DNA of 64,000 bases from positions 2,440 to 66,439 of IMG/VR virus record IMGVR_UViG_3300014205_000226; one strand, written 5' to 3'. Shown here one piece after another: positions 1 through 7,777 of the stretch (the first letter of the stretch is position 1; each line of letters begins with the position of its first letter). Under the pieces are notes generated by a model. That model was not told the origin of the DNA. It saw nothing but the letters and a program-made list of their open reading frames with translations, and ran no database searches. The DNA is from a virus. Lineage: Duplodnaviria > Caudoviricetes. A program made the translations under genes and the position numbers.

Positions 1-102
1 TAGGCACGCCAGCGTCGTTCCTTCTGTGGTGTAATTGGAATACCCGTAATCTTCACACACGCAGAACTTGCACTCGGTGCACAGGCGCTCGCCGGTCCTC
101 AC
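1..102 (-). CDS. hypothetical Cys-rich protein, 5' part only (runs off the window)
   Basis: GTG overlaps the stop of the upstream gene (GTGA); reads MRTGERLCTECKFCVCEDYGYSNY with no stop before base 1. Confidence 0.5.
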   Translation of the reverse strand, partial: MRTGERLCTECKFCVCEDYGYSNYTTEGTTLACL

Positions 103-761
103 TTCGCCATCTCCACCGCCGCCAGATAGGCCAGTCCGTCCTCGTAGGGGAGCACGTGGCCCTTCGCTTGATACTCGCTAACTTTGCCGGCTTCTTCCAC
201 CATCAAGGCCGCCCTAGTCTGCCCAACGCCGGCCACCTCCTGAAACCACGGCGCATGCGCGACCATCGGCAGCACCAGTGTGTTGTCTAGTTGCGCAATG
301 CCGCGCAACGCAGCCAACACGGTCAAATAGCAGCGCGGCATATGGTAGGCACTGGTCACGATCAACAACCGGTTCCACCCCTCAACGCGCGCCGTGTACG
401 CCAAATGTGCGGCGGATTCGCGCGTGTTCTTGCTGCCCATGTCGACCAGGATGCGGTCCGGCGAGACGCCTTGCTCGATGAGGTAGGTCTTCAGGTGTTC
501 CGCGTCCACTTGGTACGGTGGATTCTGCAGCCCGCCCGTAATCAAGATCAACGGCGCCGCTTGATTCTTGAATAGTTCCAGTACGGTCGAAGCGCGCACC
601 ATGCCATCACCCGTGAACAGCACAATCACGTCTGAGCGCAGCAGCGGCAGGCCGGTCAGGATGGCTTGGAATTGTTCGCGGGGGGTTGGTTGGTTGCCGT
701 CCGTGCATTCGCAATAGTTCGGCGTGCATTCCGCGTCGGCGTGCTTGCAGTGCGCGCTCAC
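99..761 (-). CDS. YdcF/ElyC-like (DUF218) protein
   Basis: Motifs DVIVLFTG, LILITGG, ILVDMGSKNTRESA, LLIVTSAYHMPR; GTG start at 761 overlaps the stop of 758..1078. Confidence 0.85.
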   Translation of the reverse strand: MSAHCKHADAECTPNYCECTDGNQPTPREQFQAILTGLPLLRSDVIVLFTGDGMVRASTVLELFKNQAAPLILITGGLQNPPYQVDAEHLKTYLIEQGVSPDRILVDMGSKNTRESAAHLAYTARVEGWNRLLIVTSAYHMPRCYLTVLAALRGIAQLDNTLVLPMVAHAPWFQEVAGVGQTRAALMVEEAGKVSEYQAKGHVLPYEDGLAYLAAVEMAK

Positions 762-1078
762 GACATCACCGCGTGCGTAATTGCACCGAACAGCCAGAAC
801 ATAGCAATTGTCATAAACGGCGCGAGAAGTTTCGTCGCTGTTTCCCGCTTGTCCTCTCCGTGATATGTGGCGCTGATGCCCACTATGCCAATAAGTAGGC
901 AAAGCCCGTATGCGTGCGCCATACCAATAGCAGGCGCCCCCAGCGGGATTGCGAACCACACCCACATTTTCAGAGCAACCCATGCGCGGAATAGCGCGAG
1001 CAATGGCACAAGCGCAAGCGCCCCGAGCGCAGTGGAAAGTTTACCTAGCGCTGCATACGCTTCGTCGTTGGCGCTCAT
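758..1078 (-). CDS. small multi-pass membrane protein
   Basis: Three hydrophobic stretches; ATGA coupling to neighbour. Confidence 0.7.
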   Translation of the reverse strand: MSANDEAYAALGKLSTALGALALVPLLALFRAWVALKMWVWFAIPLGAPAIGMAHAYGLCLLIGIVGISATYHGEDKRETATKLLAPFMTIAMFWLFGAITHAVMS

Positions 1079-1395
1079 GACGCGCACCTTTCTTCAAGTT
1101 CGTTCGGCAGGTCTCGCCAACGATCCGCACTCTGCATGAACCCAATCCCTGTGAACAAGAGAAACGCCAAGAACACCCAGAGGTACACCGTTTGCCACCC
1201 ATCAAGTTCGGTACGCGGGAACATAAACGCGAAGTTCGGCAGCGCGAGGAAGCACGCACTGGCGTTCGCCCACGCGCCCCATTTCTTCTTCGTGCACTCC
1301 TTGCGTAGTACCTGCATCAATTCTGGTGTCAATCCCTGATCCCCCATCAACCCCTCACTTTCGTCGTACAGTGCCAGTGCCCACATATTGGACAC
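1075..1395 (-). CDS. small membrane protein
   Basis: Two hydrophobic segments; coupled stop/start. Confidence 0.6.
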   Translation of the reverse strand: MSNMWALALYDESEGLMGDQGLTPELMQVLRKECTKKKWGAWANASACFLALPNFAFMFPRTELDGWQTVYLWVFLAFLLFTGIGFMQSADRWRDLPNELEERCAS

Positions 1396-1514
1396 TGATA
1401 AACTCGAACCTCACAACCCCATTTCTTGGCACATCAATTCGCGAACTCTTGCGCGCGGCGCTTCCGCCAATGCGTGCGCTTGTCGCGGCACATGCGTTGG
1501 ACGTGCCAGTGCAT

Positions 1515-1814
1515 TCACCCGCGCCGGCCCTTGCGCATCGCGTCCGCAAACGCGTTGCCGAACGCGCCCCCTCCGTACATAGCCGATTCGGCGTTGTCGC
1601 GCATGCGCTGTTCGTCTGCTATCCGATTGCGCTCACGGCTCACGGCATACGTTTCATGCACCTTTGCCTTCTCCCGCTCTATCCGCACAACCGCAGCCAC
1701 ATACAGCGCGACCGCCCGACTGACCCGCACCAACGCCTCACCATCGACCCCTTCCGCCTTAAGCGCAATCGCGAGGTCAGCTTTCTCTGCGTCTAATCGG
1801 CTCACCCGCGCCAC
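1515..1814 (-). CDS. hypothetical helical protein
   Basis: 99-aa ORF directly after the NeuB gene, in operon orientation. Confidence 0.55.
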   Translation of the reverse strand: MARVSRLDAEKADLAIALKAEGVDGEALVRVSRAVALYVAAVVRIEREKAKVHETYAVSRERNRIADEQRMRDNAESAMYGGGAFGNAFADAMRKGRRG

Positions 1815-2590
1815 CGTTCCACGTCGCGTGTTCTGGTCACCAGTTCGGCCAGTTGGGTGCAGGTCAGGCTAACGTTCGCTTCCAACTCAGACGGCTCATC
1901 GTCCAACTGCACATGCACTTCCAACAACTTGGCACCGAGCGTCGCGGCCATGACGCACGGTTCGATGCTGGTGCCGTGGTAGGAGAAGCCGTGGTATGGA
2001 TCGTCCCAGCTTTCGTCAGTCGAAGTGAACCGATCATGGCTCAGTGCGAAAGTCTCTTGCGGATACCCCGGCGGACAATACAACCCAACTGATTTCTCGC
2101 TGCCGCGCGAGTAGTAGTGCGGGTTACTGTCAGCGCACGCGCTCACAATCACGGGCTTGCCAGTCGCCTTGCATGCGGTGATCAGATCGGCGTGGTGATT
2201 ATCCAATCGCGCAATCTTGTGCATCGGGGAACCGAGCGCTTCCATCATCGCCAACGATTCAAGTCCGAATACGCTCGCGAACATGGGAATGCCGAGAACG
2301 CGCGCAAACGCGAACATTGGGGCAAACCACTCGCGCGGTGTCATCGCTTTAGAATAGAGCGCATGCATGCTCCACCCAGCCTCCCCCCATTGCGCTGGCG
2401 CTGGTCCATCCCCTCGCAGTGCGACCAGTTCATCCGCTGAATAGCATTGCGTCTTCACAAACGAGGCCCCCGCGTCTTTCGCGGCTGCAATCAGGCGCAA
2501 CGCGTTCTCTAGCTTGCCGTTCGCGTTGTTGGACAGCTCCGCAATCACATGCGTGCGGCCGTCGTCGATGTTGACGCCACAGAGGTTCAT
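1802..2590 (-). CDS. pseI: NeuB-family nonulosonic acid synthase, PseI-like, lacking the C-terminal antifreeze-like domain
   Basis: IAELSNNANGKLENALRLIAAAKDAGASFVKTQ, AMTPREWFAPMFAFARVLG, GFSYHG, LGAKLLEVH; ATG at 2590 overlaps the HNH stop; 262 aa. Confidence 0.85.
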   Translation of the reverse strand: MNLCGVNIDDGRTHVIAELSNNANGKLENALRLIAAAKDAGASFVKTQCYSADELVALRGDGPAPAQWGEAGWSMHALYSKAMTPREWFAPMFAFARVLGIPMFASVFGLESLAMMEALGSPMHKIARLDNHHADLITACKATGKPVIVSACADSNPHYYSRGSEKSVGLYCPPGYPQETFALSHDRFTSTDESWDDPYHGFSYHGTSIEPCVMAATLGAKLLEVHVQLDDEPSELEANVSLTCTQLAELVTRTRDVERWRG

Positions 2591-3033
2591 GCGGCCAACC
2601 TTTCGGCAGATTTTCTCGCGTTGTACGCGCGTTGGCGTGCGTTTATGTATTCGCGGTTCTTTGCATTTGCAACACGCATCCGCTCGCGGTGACACGTTTT
2701 GCACTTGCGCATTCGCCCAGTTGGCTGCTTGGCGTGCGTTGTATTCGTGTCGTCGTACGCATGACCACTAGGGCAGTGCGTGGTACTCGCGTGGTGGTGC
2801 CGGTTCCTTTCTACAGCGTCTTGTTGGTTCTGGCTAGGCGTCCCTATGTACAAGTGTTCGGGGTTGATGCAAGGCGGATTGTCGCAGGTATGGCACGCCT
2901 GCATGCCGTCAGGAATCGGGCCGTGAAACATTTCACAGACCACACGATGGGCAAAGTATTTCTTGCCTTTCGCAGATCCCTGCCCGTAACCCTGTAATGT
3001 TCTACCCCGAGTCCATTCCATACAGTCACTCAC
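2587..3033 (-). CDS. free-standing HNH homing endonuclease
   Basis: HRVV..FHGPIPDGMQACHTCDNPPCINPEHLYIGTPSQN plus C-terminal HCPSGH..CKTC motif. Confidence 0.9.
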   Translation of the reverse strand: MSDCMEWTRGRTLQGYGQGSAKGKKYFAHRVVCEMFHGPIPDGMQACHTCDNPPCINPEHLYIGTPSQNQQDAVERNRHHHASTTHCPSGHAYDDTNTTHAKQPTGRMRKCKTCHRERMRVANAKNREYINARQRAYNARKSAERLAA

Positions 3034-3995
3034 GCCCCCACCATCCGCGCCAACTCATTCGCGCTCATATAGGGCTTCGCATCGCTCGAATACGTGAAAT
3101 ACGGATCAACCAACGACCCACGGGGCGCCTCTACTGTGCCCCATGTGCGTTCGGGTGGTTCGATCACGTAATGAGATCCGCAATCCCATGTGCGGCGCAC
3201 TTCCTCGGGATCAACTAGTTGCTCGTGAAGCTTTTCGTCCTGCCGAATACCCGTAATGCGTTGTGTCGCGCCCGGGGCGATTGCGCGTGCTAACTCGGAC
3301 ATACGCGCCCCCTGCAACTTTGGCAAGAATACTTCGCCACCCCGCATCTGATCGAGGGCGAGCGCCACCAATGACACCGCATCGTCCATTGACATCAAAA
3401 AGCGAGTCATGCGCGGATCGGTTATCGTGACTTCACCACTCGCCGCTTGCTTCCGCCAAAGCGGAATGACACTGCCAGTGCTGTTGGCTACATTGCCATA
3501 TCGTGTCGCACTGAAGCGAGTCTGTGTACCCGCGCTGTACACATTCCACCCGCACCACAAACGCTCAGCAACCAGCTTGCTGGCACCATACAGTGTTGCG
3601 GGTGAGGCCACCTTGTCCGTACTCAAAAAACAAGCACGAGGCACGCCGCTCGCCACGCATGCGCGGGCAACGTTCGCTGTGCCCAGAATGTTGGTCTGTA
3701 TCGCTTCCAGCGGATTATCCGCACAAACCTCGACGCGCTTAAGCGCGGCGCTGTGAACGACTACGTCCACACCCCGGCACGCTTCTGTTAGCCTGTCTTG
3801 GTCGCGCACGTCTCCGAGCACCCAACGCACCCTGGGGTCCATATTCGCGGCGCGCAACTCCGCCTGCTTGGACTCCGACCGGCTGAACGCGACGACCCTG
3901 CGTGCCCCGTTGTCGAGACAATAGCGGACGAACGCTTGGCCAAACGCGCCAGAACTTCCGGTGATTAAGACAGACTGCTGAAAGACAGGGCTCAA
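3030..3995 (-). CDS. pseB: UDP-N-acetylglucosamine 4,6-dehydratase (PseB/FlaA1-like)
   Basis: ITGSSGAFG, FSRSESKQ, GDVRD, HSAALKRV, LSTDK, LYGASKLVAE, RYGNVANSTGSVIP, TDPRMTRF, GIRQDEKLHE; 321 aa; TTG start. Confidence 0.9.
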   Translation of the reverse strand: MSPVFQQSVLITGSSGAFGQAFVRYCLDNGARRVVAFSRSESKQAELRAANMDPRVRWVLGDVRDQDRLTEACRGVDVVVHSAALKRVEVCADNPLEAIQTNILGTANVARACVASGVPRACFLSTDKVASPATLYGASKLVAERLWCGWNVYSAGTQTRFSATRYGNVANSTGSVIPLWRKQAASGEVTITDPRMTRFLMSMDDAVSLVALALDQMRGGEVFLPKLQGARMSELARAIAPGATQRITGIRQDEKLHEQLVDPEEVRRTWDCGSHYVIEPPERTWGTVEAPRGSLVDPYFTYSSDAKPYMSANELARMVGA

Positions 3996-4010
3996 TGCGG
4001 ACAGTGTGCG

Positions 4011-4020
4011 AGAATACCAC
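4011..4020 (-). promoter_or_regulatory. candidate extended -10 promoter for the pse operon
   Basis: Minus strand reads GTGG-TATTCT (TGn-TATTCT) about 15 nt upstream of pseB; no recognisable -35. Confidence 0.4.
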
Positions 4021-4037
4021 GCGCCTTCACGAACGCA

Positions 4038-4367
4038 CTATGCGGCAATGCGATTCACCTCACAACTAGGCTCACCTATAGACTGTACCCCGCGTGGGGT
4101 ACACATTTTGTGACCCAGTACGTACGAGCCACACCCGGTCGCGTCACGCAGCCGTAATTCAAGCCACTTATTGTCACATAACCACGCGAGTGACCTTCCG
4201 ACCTTATCTGGACTAGCTTTGTAATGCAAAGCGGTCATTCTGACCTTAATGATAATCGGTTCGCAATAGTCTAATCGGTCAAGATTGCCGAGTAGTATGA
4301 CCAGTGCGAGCGGATGCTGTCGCAGCTCGGGCTGTCGAATAACCCAATCGCTCTTGCGCTGACTCAT
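4038..4367 (-). CDS. putative winged-helix DNA-binding protein (possible late regulator)
   Basis: MSQRKSDW...ASPDKVGRSLAWLCDNKWLE...GSYVL pattern; ATGA overlap with rusA. Confidence 0.5.
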   Translation of the reverse strand: MSQRKSDWVIRQPELRQHPLALVILLGNLDRLDYCEPIIIKVRMTALHYKASPDKVGRSLAWLCDNKWLELRLRDATGCGSYVLGHKMCTPRGVQSIGEPSCEVNRIAA

Positions 4368-4819
4368 GCCGCCTCGGGGCGTGGGGTGAGGGTCAGTTCC
4401 ACGCGGGGGTTCGCGCGGTCCAGTGAGCGCACCACGTGTAGCTCGCACACCTGCTTGTCGTTCAACAGCACGCCGGCCTTCTCCAGCGCGTCCATGACCG
4501 GTTTGACGGGGTTGTCGATATCGCCAACCCGTTTGGCCCGGTAGAACGTCAGCGACAGCGCCACCGTGTGTTGCATTGGCGCCTCGGTGTACTGCTGTTG
4601 CAGTTGCGCCACAAGGCTGGATTGCCAATTGATTGCCGCCTTGGACTTGATCAGCGCCATGCGCGGACCGAACCGGACGATGCGTTTGGAGTTTGTGCCG
4701 CTTTTGGGGGCGCCGAGCAACACGAAAGAGTGCCCCGCCGTGGCGCTAATGGGCGCGCTGGGGGGCTCGGAGTGGTTTGGGGGCACATTCGCCCGCGTGA
4801 CCCGTTTCGCGGCGCTCAC
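4364..4819 (-). CDS. rusA: RusA-like Holliday junction resolvase
   Basis: GDIDNPVKPVMDALEKAGVLLNDKQV, NPRVEL. Confidence 0.9.
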   Translation of the reverse strand: MSAAKRVTRANVPPNHSEPPSAPISATAGHSFVLLGAPKSGTNSKRIVRFGPRMALIKSKAAINWQSSLVAQLQQQYTEAPMQHTVALSLTFYRAKRVGDIDNPVKPVMDALEKAGVLLNDKQVCELHVVRSLDRANPRVELTLTPRPEAA

Positions 4820-4839
4820 GGCGCGCTCCGAATTCTCGC

Positions 4840-4960
4840 AATCAATGCAATTAATACAATGTTACAAGGTTGCATGAATTGGCTGTTTGGTCCCTTATAG
4901 AGAGATATATCATTCATGTAAGAGAGGGGTTGTGTTGATTGTATTAATTACTATATAGAG
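4840..4960. other. AT-rich intergenic region with nested inverted repeats (candidate replication origin)
   Basis: AATTAATACAAT (4849-4860) is the exact reverse complement of 4938-4949; inner pair TGCATGAAT (4871-4879) and ATTCATGTA (4912-4920), 8/9 match; directly downstream of primase. Confidence 0.55.
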
Positions 4961-4973
4961 TAAGGACAACGAC

Positions 4974-7148
4974 TTACGCCGCATCTTCGGTTGCTTTAAT
5001 TGCTTGAATAATTAGCGCATACCGGGGAGCGCCCGCTCCTTTGTGCGGTACGTCGCCCCATGCGGCGTACTCGGCCTGCTGCACCCATTGGATCGCGTAT
5101 TCGCGCTCGTGCTTCTTGGCGTTGCGGAGCGAGCGCGCCCGCTGCAGTTCGGTGGCGGTCATGCCTCGTCCACCTTTTTCGCGCAGTTCTTGCAAAAGCG
5201 CGTTGTGCAGCGCGTGCGTGTCGCCGTCCGCTAACCGGTTCTGTATGGCCGGCACCAAGAGCCCAATCAGATAATCGGAGACGCGGATACCCCACGCAGC
5301 GTCCACCTCGTCAACCATGGTGGCGGCAGGGTTCCGCGCTAATGCGCTGACCAGCGCGAGTCGCATGGCTTGCTCGTTGGCGCGCATCGGCAAGACGCCT
5401 AGCCGCTCTTTGTCTAGCGAGTCCGCCCGCGCGTTGCATTGCCGGCGAAAGTTGGTAAAGGCGTCGTTCGCTTCGTCTGTAAATCCGAGGCGCACCGGGT
5501 CCGGGACCATGGTCGGGTTCGTGCACGTGTCCAGATTGCCACGCGGGGCTAGCAGTGTCTGCGCCCACTCGCAGAGTTCGGCCGACGGGGCTTCGACATC
5601 CGCAAACGCCAAGTCCCCGCGCGTGGCGTCAGATTCGAGCACCAGAAAGCGATTGAGGAACCCGGAACTAATGCGGGTGGCTTTGAGTGCCCCGTACCAC
5701 TCGTCAGGGGTTGTCATGGCCAATAGCGACAACGCCGGCCGTTCGATCACCTTGCGGTCGGAGTCCTCGCGTTGCTTGGCCGTGTGGTGTGTTGTCGCGT
5801 ATTGCGGGGTGACGGCGGTGTCGTGCACGCGCCCGAACAACTCCATGACACCGGTAAGCACGCCATTCTTCATGCTGGCCGTGTCGCCCCCCCCGCTGGC
5901 CGAACCCATGAACTGCCCGAATTCGTCGATGATGGCGAGTGATTGCGGCTGCTGGTACACCGTGGCCCATACCGCAGCACGGCTGGTCCATTCGTTCGGG
6001 CCAACTAAATGCCCGGCACCCACTTTCTTCAAAAACGTCATGGCACTGACGCGTGCGTGCTCCTTGCCCGTTCCCGACTTGCCGATGATCAGAAAGTACA
6101 GGCTGCTGTAATTTTGGGCCGTCGTCGCGTACCGGCGCGCGCAAATGGTGGACGCAATCGCGAGGGCCGCCGCGACGCTGTACAGCCGAACCGGTGACGG
6201 CGCAGTCCGTAACGACCACTGCACGATTCCTTCCAAAACCCCGGGCAACGGTGCGTCTAGCGGATTCGGCGCCTTCTCTTCCGGTTTGAGTAGGCGCAGC
6301 GATTGCTTGGGCGCATGCGACAGCACCAAATGCTTCGAAATGTCTGCAACCTTTTTCCGTTCCTCGTTGTAGACGTACGTGATCATGTTCGCGATTTCCG
6401 CCTCGTCTTTCGGCGGGTCGCAATGCGTCACGTTCCACGCTTGTACGAGTTGCTGCGCCACGTCGGCGGGTACGTTGCGGCCCGCAAGCGATCCCGCGAC
6501 GGTCAGCAACGCGGCGTGGCGTTCTCCGGGGCCAATGCGTTCGCCGCTCAAGGCGCGAGCCACGCGTTCTTTGGCGCCTTCTTTGGAGGACGACTTGAGG
6601 GCTTCTGCCATTGCATCGTCCGGCATCGGAATGGCTTCTGCATCGTCGCACCATTCGTACCGCTTGCCGCTGGCGTGCAGCGACGGCGGCAGCAGGACAT
6701 ATCCGGCACCAGACCGTAGGATAATGCCGCCGACCATTGACCCATCCACCAGTTTTTCGGTGATGGTGTAGTAGCGGTGCGTGCCGTTGGCGGTCTGGCA
6801 TTCCATCGTGGGTTCAGAATACAGCCCCATGCTACGCGCCGACGCTTTGTTCTTCTCGGAGTCGATATCAAACGCCGCCATCATTTTCGACTCCGGCAGC
6901 CAGGCAATGTTTGCGTTTGGCCACTTGGTCCACCATGCGCGCACTTGCTCGATGTTACTGGACGCGTCCGACAGACCGTTCATGGTGCGTGGGTGCTTGC
7001 CGATATTCTTGTACGGGCACGCCGGCCCTTTGCTGCACGAGCACTTGACACTGCCGTCTGACTGGAATAACGGGGTGTGGCAAGGGATGAGGCGGTAGCC
7101 TTGTGCGGCATATTTGAGCGCCGCTTCGAGCATGTTGGGTGTCGTCAC
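4974..7148 (-). CDS. bifunctional primase-polymerase with PriCT and C-terminal DUF3987-type helicase domain
   Basis: GYRLIPCH, GKHP, WPNANIA, FDID, NGTHRYY, YVLLPPSLHASGKRYEW; GERHAALL; IIGKSGTGKE and IIDEF Walker motifs. Confidence 0.88.
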   Translation of the reverse strand: MTTPNMLEAALKYAAQGYRLIPCHTPLFQSDGSVKCSCSKGPACPYKNIGKHPRTMNGLSDASSNIEQVRAWWTKWPNANIAWLPESKMMAAFDIDSEKNKASARSMGLYSEPTMECQTANGTHRYYTITEKLVDGSMVGGIILRSGAGYVLLPPSLHASGKRYEWCDDAEAIPMPDDAMAEALKSSSKEGAKERVARALSGERIGPGERHAALLTVAGSLAGRNVPADVAQQLVQAWNVTHCDPPKDEAEIANMITYVYNEERKKVADISKHLVLSHAPKQSLRLLKPEEKAPNPLDAPLPGVLEGIVQWSLRTAPSPVRLYSVAAALAIASTICARRYATTAQNYSSLYFLIIGKSGTGKEHARVSAMTFLKKVGAGHLVGPNEWTSRAAVWATVYQQPQSLAIIDEFGQFMGSASGGGDTASMKNGVLTGVMELFGRVHDTAVTPQYATTHHTAKQREDSDRKVIERPALSLLAMTTPDEWYGALKATRISSGFLNRFLVLESDATRGDLAFADVEAPSAELCEWAQTLLAPRGNLDTCTNPTMVPDPVRLGFTDEANDAFTNFRRQCNARADSLDKERLGVLPMRANEQAMRLALVSALARNPAATMVDEVDAAWGIRVSDYLIGLLVPAIQNRLADGDTHALHNALLQELREKGGRGMTATELQRARSLRNAKKHEREYAIQWVQQAEYAAWGDVPHKGAGAPRYALIIQAIKATEDAA

Positions 7149-7756
7149 TTGCCTTTCCGGTCTTTGGCGTTGAGCAGGTGACACGCCGTGCACACCGCTT
7201 GCAAGGTCGCGTCATCGTGTCTTGAGTTGAATAGCATACGAGCGGGGCCCGGTGGGATGGTAAACGGCGCGGGGTTGCTCCAGTCGAATGTGGCTAACAG
7301 CGCGTTGGTCTCGGATGGCCCGAGGTCGCGCAATACCCCTGCCACGATGTCCTTGAATTCCGGGCAGACGTGATCGGTCTCGGTGCTCGGCGCCACTCCG
7401 CAGCGCTCGCATGTGTGGTACGCGCGCTGTCTGGCCATCACGTCGGGTGCCGCTAGCCTGCGAAACGCGGCGGTAATCTCATCGTCGCCTTTGTGTGGCT
7501 TCGTGCACTTGAGCCACGAGACCGCATGCCAACCAAGCGGCGGGTCGAACAACGCCTGGAACTGGTACAGTTGCCCGGGCACAGGCACCTTACGAAAGAT
7601 CGTAGGCCGGAGTCCAGCGGGCGCGCAGTAGTAGTGGCGGGTGGCAATGAGTTCGGCGATCAAGTCAGAGCCGAACACGTGGTGCATCGGCTGCCGATCC
7701 ACGACGGCCCGCACGGCTTCTTGCAACGCCTTCTGGGTTTTGAATTGTTCGAGCAT
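7145..7756 (-). CDS. putative HNH-like nuclease with a DCL/DUF3223-like N-terminus
   Basis: FKTQKAL start; CERC..TDHVCPEFKDIV..VCTACH. Confidence 0.5.
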   Translation of the reverse strand: MLEQFKTQKALQEAVRAVVDRQPMHHVFGSDLIAELIATRHYYCAPAGLRPTIFRKVPVPGQLYQFQALFDPPLGWHAVSWLKCTKPHKGDDEITAAFRRLAAPDVMARQRAYHTCERCGVAPSTETDHVCPEFKDIVAGVLRDLGPSETNALLATFDWSNPAPFTIPPGPARMLFNSRHDDATLQAVCTACHLLNAKDRKGK

Positions 7757-7777
7757 CAGTGTGGTGGTGTGAATGGT

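Noticed and set aside
5317-6801. Long antisense or off-frame ORFs over primase, TMP and tail genes
   Set aside because: These are expected shadows of GC-rich coding sequence, with no motifs, RBS or coupling.
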